Shown here in pieces: positions 49,863 through 62,890 of a stretch of DNA of 64,000 nt (the stretch's first letter is position 1; each line of letters opens with the position of its first letter). Under the pieces are notes generated by a model. It ran no database searches. It saw only the letters and a program-made list of their open reading frames with translations, and had not been told where the DNA came from. The stretch lies in NCBI GenBank assembly GCA_963693365.1, contig CAVNZM010000011.1, forward strand, positions 8,731,937 to 8,795,936. Direction: 5' to 3'. The DNA comes from Amoebidium appalachense. Lineage: Eukaryota > Protista > Ichthyosporea. The position numbers and the translations under genes were made by a program.

Positions 49863-50110
49863 ACACCCTCCATCCCTTCCCGGACCCCCACCCTCCTCTT
49901 CCCCTGCCTTCCCGTTCCTCCCTCTCAGTGGTACCTGGGCACACAAAGGTACAAACACACCATACATACCCCCCCCCCCCCCCCCCCCCTCCTCCGAGCC
50001 GTTGATCGGCCAGAGAATTTGTGGTTCCCACTCGAATGCCCATGATAATCATACTAAGCACAGGGAACCCCGAATTTGCAATTGAAAACTTTGTTACACC
50101 GATTATGTTG

Positions 50111-50180
<70 letters not shown>

Positions 50181-50735
50181 TATGCATTCGCTTGTGCATG
50201 TGCAAGTGCGCACGGTGTGCGTGTTTTTGCAATAACCTCCGGGCAAAAACAATGAACTCATATTCATGTCTGCTTTGCTCAAGTGAGACATTACTAATAA
50301 TGTCCTAACACTAAATTCTACATTTATGTATAGTACAAAAGAAAATGTCACAAAGTTTAAACTTTCCACATTCCGAGGTGGTCCCAACCAGCAAACCTGA
50401 AGAGATCAGACAATAATTTCACACACACGTATAGCTACATAGTATTTATTATCCATCTACTACCTATTCTTATTGAACATTATCTACTTCCTATATATAT
50501 ACATTATCACTCTGTTACAGATACACCAGCGAGCGATGCACAAACACGCACACACACGGGACTACCCCGCCAAAACATCCTTTCCGTCTCTTTTTCACAC
50601 ACACTACAGTGATGGCAAACAAACACGCAAAAACGTGTGCGCGGACAGACACACAAGCACACACACACACACACACCCTGACACTATCACAAACCCCATA
50701 ACCGAAGGTGCTTGTCACCAACAGTTACGAGCTGG

Positions 50736-50768
<33 letters not shown>

Positions 50769-50849
50769 ACAAAAACAAAAAAAAAAAAAAAAACGCGCGC
50801 GCGCGCGCACACACGCACACACGCACACACGCACACACACACACAAAAG

Positions 50850-50880
<31 letters not shown>

Positions 50881-51042
50881 ACACCCCCACCCACACACAG
50901 AAAAAAAAAGAAAAATTAACCAGTAAAGATCAATCAATAAATGAAAAACGGAACAAAACAACATGACAAGGATGCCGTACTGCACGGGCACACGAAGGCT
51001 CAAACCAACCACATATCCACCTCCCCTCCACTCGACCCGTAC

Positions 51043-51379
51043 TCACACCCCCTTCTTCGGTTTCACAGGCTCATAAATGTCAACATGAAAAATCCTCTTT
51101 TCATACAGACTATCAGCATGATACCACTCAAAACACGGCCGTGTTTCATCCATTTCATACCCTTCCATCTCTTTCACCGCCCCCATCGTTTGGTCCCACG
51201 CCATTTTGAACCCGTCCTGGGGAACCGCTTTGTGTTCTCCGACGGCGTATAAACCGGCGGGAATGATTTGTGTTTGTATTTCTTCGTTTCCTACTGTGTC
51301 CATTGAAACGACGAACCCCGCGTCCGTCGCCATCCCGGGACCCTTTTCGGGCGTTTCCATCATGTATATCATGAGCTCA

Positions 51380-51459
<80 letters not shown>

Positions 51460-51725
51460 GCGACCAAGTTATTCAATGGGGGTATGTGTGCAGGGCAAAC
51501 AAATGTGGGGATGGGGGAGGTGTGATTGGACGTGTGTGTGCCAGTGTGTATGTGTGTACGTGCCTGAACGCAGGTATGTGTGGGCTGCTAATGGGTATGT
51601 GTGTGTGTTTGTGTCGTGGGGAGGGAGAGAGAGGGGGGGGCGGGGGAGGGGGTGGGGGGGGGAAGGGATGATGGATGGATGCATAAGTGTGAAGGTATGG
51701 CTGTGTGTGGGCGGGCACGTGGTGG

Positions 51726-51793
<68 letters not shown>

Positions 51794-53062
51794 CTGTGTC
51801 TGTGAACATGAGGGTGCATACAGACGTGTGCCTGTAACCAGGCATACGGTGCTTGGATGTGTAGGGAACCATAGACCGGGGCACAGGGGGGGTTGGGGAG
51901 AGAGAGGGGGGGGGGGGGGGGGGGGGGGGAGGGTATTCGAGCTTTCAACGGGGTGTGGCGGTTGGAGAGGAGAGATGCTAAGGGGTACAAGTAAAGAAAC
52001 TAAGAGATAAAGGGAAGAAGAAGCAGGAAGTAGAAGGAGGAGGGTTTAGATTGTCCAGCATCCAAGGGGATTTCTGTGAAGAAGAAACAGGGGAGGGGGG
52101 GGGGGGGGGGGGGGGGGAGGCCAAAGCGTGCCGTGTGCATAACAGCAAAGCAGGGCATCTTGACTGGTAAAGCAGTCAAAGAGAGTAAGCCTCCCCCTCT
52201 CCCCCTCCCTGCCCCCCCTTCCCCACCCCTCCACCGCTCACAGCTCCTCTTCCCCCTCCCCCCGCACACACATGCAGACACCGGTCAGCCAGAAACCACC
52301 AAGAGACACACACAGCACAAAACAGCCACCCCGAAGTATTGTCAACTATCACACCTTCTCTCCTTTCCGTCCCCCCCCCCCCCCCCCCCCCCCCCCCCAC
52401 CTCCCCCCCACCTCTTTCCCGCAGCCTCTCTCCCTCCTCCGCAAGAAACAAAAAAAAAAGTGGAGGAACCTGCAGTGTGTAGGCATCACAGGTGTTTGAA
52501 AATCATTCCCTCACACCGACAGCATCGTTACACTCAAACGGAATATAAAGCTCAAGCTTGTGTAAGTTCTTCAATATCAAAAGCAACGCGCACGGAATCC
52601 CACCGACTGGAATGAAATCCGCCTCCCTATTCATGTATGAAAGGTGTTCTGTGTGAGGGTGAAGCATCATAGAGCCGGGACAAAAATAGAAGCCAGTAGC
52701 CTGCAGAGGTGAAGGAAGGCTATGGGATGCCTCGCCGTATGTATGAGGAAGAAGGAGGGGAGGAAGGGGGTGGCGGTATGTGTCTGTGGTGGGGGGAGAA
52801 AGGGGGAAGAGGGGGAGGGGGGAAGGGAGGGAGCGAACAGAGGGAAGAATGGGTGAAGAGGGGGAAGGAGGGGGGGGGGGGGGGGGGGGGTGGAGTTGCT
52901 TAAAGGGCAGAAGTCACTCACCCCGGGCGTGATGTTCTCGATCTTAGCCCAAGCAAAGAGCTTTCCATATGCCTCCCCGTACTGCTTGCTGTCTCCAAAC
53001 GGACCGTAGACACGAATGCAAGCAATCTTGGTTTCGGGGAACTCTTTCAGTGTGACCTCCAT
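51043..53062 (-). CDS. GyrI-like (SbmC/Rob/AraC effector-binding fold) protein, 159 aa, 2 exons
   Basis: Exon 1 53062-52922 ([22 protein letters not shown]...[13 protein letters not shown], donor GTGAGT, phase 0). Exon 2 51381-51043 ([10 protein letters not shown]...AW...[12 protein letters not shown]...VDIYEPVK). The pattern matches stand-alone bacterial GyrI-like proteins along the whole length. Confidence 0.85.
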
Positions 53063-53399
53063 GGTGAATGTTTGCTGTACTTTCCCCGGTGTTGGATGTT
53101 CAGGTAGAAATTCTCAGGTTTGTATCAGCTATGTGTTGTTGCTGTGCTGTTTTCTGTGTGTTTGTAGTTCAAAACTTGTTGCTGCAGCTCTTATCGTGAC
53201 TTTCACGTTCACGCTCTCGTCATGCTTTTTGCCTGCCTCAATCTTGCTCAAGTGCCTACTTTTCTTTGTTTTGGAGCATATGCTCCATAACATGCATCTC
53301 TTTAACAAAAGCGTTTCTGAAACCTACGCTTTTACTGTATCACTATCACTTCCCACATGTCTTACACGAAATCTTTCTTTCCCTGCCTCTTTGATTTGC

Positions 53400-53900
53400 G
53401 TTTTCTTCGTTCTGTCCCTCTCTTTTCTTTTTTCGTCGGCCGAGCCGGATGAGCCAATTTCCATTAATGGTAACGTGAAACGTATAACGATTGGTGCATG
53501 AGAAGAATTGTTTTATTATTGGTTCAAAGTCCCTTTGGCGGGAAAAAGTCTGATATCACGTCGGGCCCTGGGAGAAATTTTTCGAGTCAAGCCTCAGTCT
53601 TTTCTTCCGCTCAATTGCAAGTTCACCTGCCCTCCGAGTTTTTCACTCTCGCTCCAACTAAAACACTGTTCTTGAGGGGAAAGGGGTACTTATATAGCAA
53701 CTGGTGTAATGAACACCGAGACGAGAAGAGATATGTGACCCATTTCACATCTAAGCACACACAGAGTTGAACAAACCAGGCTCTGGTTTCATGGCAGGAT
53801 CCGGTTTAGTTTACAGAGAGGTCGAACCAAATAGGAAAGCGAAAGGGCTGGTTCCGAGCGACCAATAATCCCATTTACTTTTCAGACTCAGTTGGGAGCA
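53400..53900. promoter_or_regulatory. Bidirectional promoter with an E2F-type site and CCAAT boxes
   Basis: Head-to-head ATGs at 53062 (-) and 53984 (+). TTTGGCGGGAAA at 53534-53545. CCAAT/ATTGG at ~53454, 53490, 53518 and 53862. Confidence 0.5.
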
Positions 53901-53983
53901 GTGGAAAGGTGAAAGAGCTAGCTCTCATCGCCCCAATAAGATTGGGTACATCGGAATGGTTCATAGCATCTTTTGTTCGAAAT

Positions 53984-54425
53984 ATGGGTTCTGTAGTAGT
54001 TGAAACTGAGGTCATCCCTGAGGGGAAAGCCAACGACATTGTTCAAGAGACTGAGGAGGAGGAGGAGGAGGAAGAGTCTGAAGATGACACCGTTTACCTG
54101 GACCAGGTATGATGTAAAGCATTCTTGTTCTTAGTTACTTTTTAGGTATTCTTAGGTATTCTAGCCACGGCTTATTGTAGCCTACAAGGTACAAGATTGG
54201 TAAGTCTGACGTCATAAGAGCTCAAAGACGGTAACCCAGTCTCGATGATCATTATAAATTGCTGGACCACACGATGGATGCACGGTGCAATTTTCTTAGA
54301 AGCACGATAAACCCATCAAGCTGCACGGCACATTATACCACATGTGCACATCTGTTTCTTTGGCTAACGAATCCCTCCCCCCCTCCCCCCCCCTCCACCC
54401 CCCTCCCCCCACCCCCCCCCCCCGG

Positions 54426-54463
<38 letters not shown>

Positions 54464-54490
54464 TCTCTCTCTCTCTCTCTCCCCCTCTCC

Positions 54491-54525
<35 letters not shown>

Positions 54526-56796
54526 CCCTCCCCCCCCCCCTCTCTCTTTCCCCCCCCCCCCCCTTTTCCCCCCTCCCATATTCTCCAGGAGCTGCCTGTG
54601 CGCGAGCCTCCAGACAACTACTACGAGGACGTGCTCTGGTTCGCAAACACAACTGTGGCGGAGATGCGAGCCATACAGGACACCCTTGCACGACAGGCAC
54701 GGAAGGTTGGTGTTGGATGTTTTGTGTTTGATGTTTTGTTTCTTGTTTATATTGCTTTTTATCGTATCGTATGTACCCTTTCCATATACTTCCCGGAAAG
54801 TTCACACAAGTGCACCCGTACAAAGTTGTTTGGGCAAATTGAAGTACGTGGCTCCGTGCTATGGTTGTTGAGAAGGTTGAGGTGTTAACGTCGGGTGTTG
54901 GGCTGGATATCGATGTGTGGGGAATGGCTTTGGCCGGTTGAACACCCAGCATGGGGGGGGAAGGGGGGGAGGGGAGGTGAGGTGAAAGAGAGGGGGAGAA
55001 AAAGAGGCAGAATATTTGGGAGGGGGAAGAGAGAAAGGCCAGAAGATTAAGAGAACAGACTGAGATTAAGAGGGAGACATGGGGGGGTTAGAGGGGGAGA
55101 AAGAGGCCTGGGGTTGGGGGGAGCAAGAGACCCGGAATTTAAGGGAGGGGGGGATGAGGGCGGGAACGGGGAGAGAGAGAATCCTGGGAGCGGGGTGGGG
55201 AGGGGGGAAGGGATGGAGGTGGGGATACAGCGCCAGTTTGTGTAAGGATCTCTAGGCTAATTTATCCAAAGTTGCCCACCGAGTACAGCCATCACTAACA
55301 CTTAACCCGATGCACAGTATCCCAACAACAACCGTTTCTTCCGTGTCAACAAACCAGCACACATCATAAAAGCGGCAGCCGCGGCTAAACATAAGCCACT
55401 CCCCACGCTCCCGTACAAGCTATGGGTTAAGCACCCATCTTCTAAAACATCGCCGGCAGGCTGCACCGCGGCCTGCACGTGGCTACCCCCTCCAAAGCCT
55501 CTTTCGCCCCATTCCCTGGCGACTGAAGACAACAACATCACCACAAGTGAAAACTGCGATGTCGGTCGAGACACTCGTAACAGAGCGGGCGAAAACACAA
55601 ACAAACCCCCAGCCATGTTTTGCGCTCCTCCCACAGCCACAGGTTGCGAAGATTCGCAAGAATGCACCGTTCCATCAATGAGCCCATCGACTTCACCTGC
55701 CATGAGCGAAAAAGACGACAAAAACACGAACACGGTTACGAGCAAAGACGAGTCCGATTCAGAACACACACCTAGAACATCTCCACGTCTCTCATCTCGC
55801 CGTGTTGCTGTACCATCGATCGAAAAACAACAACGAAACGCACCCAACGCAGCTACCAAGCGCGAGAGAACGAATGTTCAACCATCCAAGGTAGTCGAGC
55901 GCACCACGGCACCTTCTACAGTCATCACCTCAGGCAAACCCTCAGCCAAACCCGTAGGGAAACTACACAAACCCAAAACGAAAGTACAATTGAAACGAAC
56001 TGTGAAAACACACACCCGTTGGAGTGCCAGAAAACCCGCCGCCGCCTTTACCAACTGCCCTGGTCGTAATGGTCGCAAACATCCAACCAGAGGGAACGGA
56101 AAAGCGCCCACCACCCCAACCGGAGGCTCCACAACCAAAAACACCGACAATAAGACAAACGTCTCGGAGAGATCGAACAAGAAGAAAGTAGGAAACCACG
56201 ATTTCCCAACCAAGCAACCCGCCGCCCCTGTTGCCAAAAAGTCACACAAAAAACAACCGTCTCACAGCTTTGCCGACACTCAACCTCGCGAGAGCAAGCA
56301 TAAACGCCCGGATTCCCCCTCTACACGTGAACTACGAGCAAACAAGCGGGTAAAGAGTGAAAGCAAGACGGATGCTCCACCCGAGAGCCACAAGACTCAG
56401 AGCAACGTTAGCAACAAGGAGAGATATGAAGAGGGGGTGAAATGCGATAGAAGCAAGACCCGTAAGAGAACCGGAAAAAGGGAAATAGAGTCTAGTGGAG
56501 AGGAAGAGAGAGTGTCAAGCGCGAAAGAGGCCAAGAAAAGCCATAAGAGACGTGCAAATGGGAATGGCGAAAAGCAAGAAAACGAGACCTGCGGTGTGAA
56601 CGGAAAGAGGAGTTGCAAGGCTAAGGGGTATCATATCGTGTCGGAGTCAGATGAATCTGATGGAACCGTACGGGACTACACCATGTCGGCAGATTCACTC
56701 TTGGAGATGGCATTGAGGGCGGACAACGAAGAAGCTTTGAGTACGTTGCTTGAAGTGCTCGGGGGACCTCGCCAGAAGCGTTCCTGCCGTCGCTAG
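53984..56796 (+). CDS. Uncharacterised protein, acidic N-terminus and long K/S/T-rich disordered body (~570 aa, 3 exons)
   Basis: Exons 53984-54106 (donor GTATGA), 54589-54705, and 55318-56796 (branch point CACTAAC, CAG acceptor). All junctions are phase 0 and join into the 393-aa ORF. Several basic NLS-like clusters. Confidence 0.8.
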
Positions 56797-57300
56797 AAAA
56801 CATGTGTAGTGAACTGTGGGCGGAGGCAGGGCGAGAGAGAAGGGAGGGGGAGGGGGGGGGGGGGGGGGGAGGTCTACGTGTAGTAACTGTACATGTAGAT
56901 AGGAATTCGTGTAGTAATACCACGTCATTGACTTTGGTGTGTGAGTTGTAGTTTCAACTGGAAAGGCTATCGCACTCTTGAATTAGTGGTGTCTATAACC
57001 AGAGAGATATTATTAAGCTTTATTTGAGGAAGAGCTGTGCTGTATCTACTGAAATGCAAGATGTGTGTGACACGTGATAAGTTTTGGTTTTGACAACGTG
57101 TCGAATGTTTGTCAGACGGCCAACACGTATTCGGCTTCCTTCTGGCCTTTCTAAGTCCCTTCTTCCCTTCCCCATCATCTCTAGAGCTTGAAAGTCATAC
57201 AGAACCCCATTTGCCCTAGAGCTTTCCACATAGATCCAACCAACCAACAGCACGTTCCAAACTGCCATTGCAAACTTCATGGAGTGTAGTGTGTGGGGCG

Positions 57301-57355
<55 letters not shown>

Positions 57356-59656
57356 CTACAGCAGCAGCTATACCGTCTGGTGTGTGTGAGACGGTATGAT
57401 CTGGTTGGATTCATAAATAAGCATTGACTATTTGAGAAGAAGTGTATGTGTGTATGTGTAGAATTTTGCGTTAAGGATGGCACCAGCATGCTAGCATCAT
57501 CGTAGCAGAGTCACAGTGAAAACGATGCCTGCTTGTAGTTCAATGAGCCACTAAACCGGCCTGATAATCCTTTATGTTAAACCGGCCTGTGAATCCTTTA
57601 TGTTTGTGCTAATCATTTGTATCAAGGTATCTACACTGGGAGGCCTTGTAATAAATACATCTACGCATTTTTTACAGCAGGCTGTGAAATTAGGGGGTTT
57701 AGGGCCAGAAAATAGCCCCTGAAAGTCCGAAAAGTTTTTCTTTTGACTCGGGTTTATTGATCCGTTGATGAAGGCAACGTGCAGCCACAGGCTACATAAC
57801 CACCATTAATAGAACTGAAAAAGCCAAAGCTACGAAATAAAAATAAAGCGACAAGTGACAAAGGACACCAGCGGGCAAAACCTTAAGTGTACGTGTATGC
57901 GTGAAACTAGTTTGCTCCAACTAGTCATATGCATCGATGTTGACCAGACCACACTCCGCAAGAAGACATCATTACTGCTGCCTCCCAACAGGCCCCCCTC
58001 AAAACCTACCGAGGCACAGCAAGCAAGTCAGCCTCTAAAAGAGCAATGCAGACCAAATCTGAGCTAAATAACAATCTCAACGGGCCCGGCCCCTAGATAA
58101 CCCGGAGAAACTGCATCTAGCTCTCTGATAAGGTGGCCTAGTTGTGGGCAGGACACACAGAAAAACACAATTACAGAATGCATTACCATACCACTTACCA
58201 AAATGGCACCAGCCAAAAACAAATTTCACACCCTGTTTTACAGGTCATATGATAGCTTACTTCTGATAGTAAGAAACTATAATAAACCAAAAGGAAATGG
58301 CATTGTTTTCCAAACCCATCTCCGTGTTACCTCCCGGGAAAACCTCTGGTCAGAAACGTTTCAAACACTCGTAGTAACAAACAGAAAAAGTTGGTGCGTT
58401 CTTGTGACCAGGCTGTGATATTATGGTGACTATGGTAACCAAACTGTCCAAAAAAAACCGAAAAGCATCTCTAACCCTTTAAGCGTAATAATTATTTTAC
58501 ACTAATTTACCAGCCAAGATTCATGTATGTAGGGTATAAGAGAAACTCTGAAAGAAAACTAATAAAAGTGTCCCTAAACAAAATATATTTCATACCCAGC
58601 TTGCTGTGCTGCTGTGTGCATGAAAGGAATCTGATTGGCGTAGCGGTACATAATCCTATCAGTGACGTGCAACTAAGAGAAAAATGCCAAACTGTTCCCG
58701 CCCAAAGGCCAAACCCATATCATCCTGAATGAGGCTTTACTCTAGCTTATTGCATAAAAACCTGTGTTTTCATAACACAATGCTCTTACAGCTTTTTTCT
58801 GTAATAAATTTTTTCTTCTCTATATACAGTATTGTGCGGTTCAAAAACTAATGAAAGAAGTAAGCGCTTCGAGATAGTATTTTATCTTAATTTATGGTGG
58901 ATAGAAAAGTTTGAAAAATACCATGAACCGGCTGAGCAATCGGAAAACATCTAGGAATGCGCAAGAAACCAACCAAAATGTCCGGATAGACTTGTTAATG
59001 GTGTGCGATTCTTGATTGTGATTGGCTAGAGCCTCCAGGCTGAATATTTCCGTTTGCAGCTTTTGCATTCAGCACTCTTGTAGTCTTGACGAAGTCTGTC
59101 TTTTACCCCTCTACCGTAGTAACCGTACTTATCCTTATGGATAATTTTTAGCGAGGCTCTCTTCTGAATTTCTTGGTTATGATATATAGTGTTATAGTTC
59201 TCGCTATGCTCAGGTGCACCAGTAAATAGGTGTTTCAATCAGACAACGGAAAGGAACGCCTTGTAACACATTATTTATCAAACCCACACCACAGCCGACT
59301 CAGGTGTTTACGGTGGATTCCCATAGTAACATAAGGTCTCTTCTGTAGCAGAAGACCCATAGATTTGCAAACAAGCAAACCAACTTTAGAACTGCAATTT
59401 AGGACCACTTCATTGGGTAACCCCGAGTTCACTTCTATCGTTGCTTCTCTGTTCACTTTTAAGCCAGCCACTCATAAGAAACTAGATCTTTCATCCGCCC
59501 CTTTACACAACACAATCGCCAATTTTTTTCCTGTCATACACAGCTCAATTAGCAAGTCTTTCCTGAAACCTCATGTGGGCTGTTGCCCACCCATTGCGCT
59601 ACTAGTGCGCTCTTCCACACAACCACTTCCTGCAAGAAAACATATAACATGCAAAC

Positions 59657-61276
59657 ATGGCGTGGCTCCGACTGATCGTTTCACTTCTTGCACTGTTGAA
59701 TTGTCAGGTCGAGGCGCGCGCGCGGTTTTCCCGCGCAGCTGACAACAACAGGTTAGACAGTCAGTACATTGTGCAGTTACGCAAAGATGCAACACCAGAC
59801 GACTTACAGCAGCTCATTACATCGCTGAAAAAAAACAATGATGACCCCACCAAACCGGAAAATACGGCGCAGATTATTGCCATGTTCGACGTGATAAGAA
59901 CCATTTCTGTTAGATTGTCCCCGGCGGAACTTGCACGGTTACGTGAGCTCCCATACATTGCCGAAATCCAGGAAGACAGAATACTTAGTATTGGAGTCAT
60001 TGGTAATGTAAACTCCATGAATAATAACGTTAGGAGGAGAAGGAGGAAGAGTGTTCGCAGACAACGGCGAGACGACAATCTGGATCTGGATGCGTTGATG
60101 AGAGTTGGCGGTAATAGTTTCACACCCATCTCCTTGAACTTTCGCAGCTTTAATTCCGAGAGTGCAAACAGTGATTCGAATTCACCTCCTGCAAATTCAC
60201 CTCTAGCCCAGAATGTGGCATATATCGATTCAATTCCGGCTGAAGGCGTTGCAACTACCGACTCCATTCCTTCACAGAAAATCCAAGCCGCCGGATACGA
60301 CGAAGAGGATAGTCTATTTTTAGGTCCGGTGCAGGTTCAGCAGGGGGACAGCCCCGTTTTGGTAACCAAACCAAAAACGGAAACCAAATCTCCGTTTGAT
60401 ATTGTCGATGAGGGGGATGATGGCGAGAGGACTCCAGAGCTGTGGGGGTTGGATAGGATCGACCAGAGGAAGTATGTTGGACTGCCCCACACACATGCGC
60501 GCACACGAAAATGCACACGTGTGTGTGTATGCGCGCACCCACCCATACGAACACAAACACACACATGCATATACACACGCGCATGCACATACATATACAC
60601 ACACTTGCGCGCACACACAAAAATACACAAATACACACACACACAAGCACACAACACTAGAAGAAAAAAAGAAAAACAGGGAAAGAAGAAGGGAGGAAAG
60701 ATTTTTTTAAGAAAAATAAATAATAATAAAAAGAAAAAGAGAAAAAAGAAAGGGAAAAGAAGAGGAAGCTAAGAAAAAAACAAAAATGAAAATCACAGAC
60801 ATGGAGGGGGAAGAAAAAAACATGAATTGAGAGGTAACAAATACACCGAATATACAAGATGGCACATCCCCATCCCATATATTCGCTGCTCCCCCCACTC
60901 CCCCCGAGTAGACACGCACACACCCACATTCAAAATATCAGACATAAACCACACAAACATGCACACAATTATACACACACGCCCACACACCACGTGTGTA
61001 CGCGTACCCATACACACGACTCCCAAGGCTTATCCAAACACACACCAAGTACCAAGATCTGCTTTCGCAAACCCACATACACAGTCATAGCACATTTTTG
61101 CCGGGCAAAAAAAACCTGGATACAAACCACACAAACATTAACCCAAATAGCACATAACCAACACACAACACTCACTCACTCACTCACTCACCCCCCCCCC
61201 CCCCCCCCCCCCCCCTCACCCCCCTCCTCGCCCCCTCTTTCTCTCTCTCCCCCTCTCCCCCCTTCCCCCTCTCCCT

Positions 61277-61323
<47 letters not shown>

Positions 61324-61698
61324 CTTCCCCTTGACAGCAGCGATTTCGAACCCGTAGGCACGGGCGCCGGTGTAGACATCTACATAGTAGACACAGGGTT
61401 GGAATTGGACCATCGGGAACTGAAAGGACGTGCAGAGTTTTTCTTCAGCGCATATTCGGTGTCTGATGAGAGGAAAAACGACGAGCACGGGCATGGCACA
61501 CACGTGGGTGCTGTTGCCGGTGGAAATTTCGTATGGATCCTCCCCCCCCCCACCACCACCACCACCCACCCACCCTTTTCCTCCCCCCTCTTATTTGTGT
61601 ACCCTCCCCCCCCCCCCCCCCCCCCCTCCCCCCCCCTGGTAGAATCTGCATTGCGTTCTCCGACGTGAATGGGTGCACAGTACTTTGAAAGTTTCACC

Positions 61699-61729
<31 letters not shown>

Positions 61730-62813
61730 AAATTCTCCTAGCTCTTCTCTAAAAAGAAGGGAGGGGGGGGGGGGGGGGAGGGGGGGGGAGGGGGGGGGGA
61801 GGGAGGGGGGGGGGGGGGGGGAGAAAGAGAAGAAGAAGAAAATACACATTTTGTGTCTGGAAACAAAAGAAGTGCTTGCTGCACAAGGGATCATGCCCGT
61901 TTAGTTTTTTCCCGCTCCCCTTTTTTTTCTATCTACATGTCTTTTTCGTTTTCCACGACATGCATGGCTTCTAACCAATTTTTCTCACCGTCATCTTAGG
62001 TTGGTGTTTCCCGCAACGCCACGCTCAAAGCCGTCCGCGTTCTAGACGCCTCCGGAAAGGGCTCGACCACGGCCCTTCTTGCCGGAGTAGTGCAAATCTA
62101 CAAATTCATTGGCCAGCAAGTAGAAGCGGGTCGCGCTCGCCCCTCGGTGGTTTCAATGTCTTTAACGGACGAATTGGAATCGGGTGCTCTCGATGAATTA
62201 GTGCAAGAATTGACGAAGTTAAACGTCGCCGTGGTTGTTTCGGCGGGAAATATGGCGATGGATGCGTGCAACACGTCACCTAGGGGGAGTGCGAATGTTA
62301 TTGCGGTGGGAGCGACGAATGTTAAAGATGAGTTGGCGTCGTTTTCGAACTGGGGGAAGTGCGTGTCGATTTTGGCTCCTGGAGACGACATTTATTCTGG
62401 TAAGTTTGCGATGGTGTTTGTATATGAATGTCTGTGAGTGGGTGGGTGTTTCTTTTTTCTTTTTCTTTTTCTTTTCTTTTTTTTTTTCGGGGGGGGGGGG
62501 GGGGTGTCGGTGTGGGCGTGTCTGTGTCCTGTGTGTTTACCCCATCTCTCTCTACAATCACACAAAGTTACACATACACACACACACACACACTCATTGG
62601 CATACGCACATGCACTAAACAGCCCAAACAACTCACAAAATATCAGTTTTTTTCTCTTTTTTTTCTCTCTCTCTCTCTCTCCGAACCTACCTGTTGGTTA
62701 TTGATTATTGGTTGATGAGAAGAAAAGGTGACCTACACTCAATGGGAGTTACCCCGTTTTCGTGGAGCCCCTGTAATAACTGTTGCACTCCCCACCTTCT
62801 CGATACACACGTG

Positions 62814-62890
<77 letters not shown>

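Noticed and set aside
57660-59350. DNA-transposon remnant in microsatellite-free AT-rich intergenic DNA (repeated CAGGCTGTGA)
   Set aside because: No matching inverted terminus, target duplication or transposase motif was found; it may simply be the upstream region of the protease gene.
59761-60267. Antisense ORFs (59761-60267, also 55302-55859 and 63045-63614)
   Set aside because: They are shadows of real coding exons on the opposite strand.
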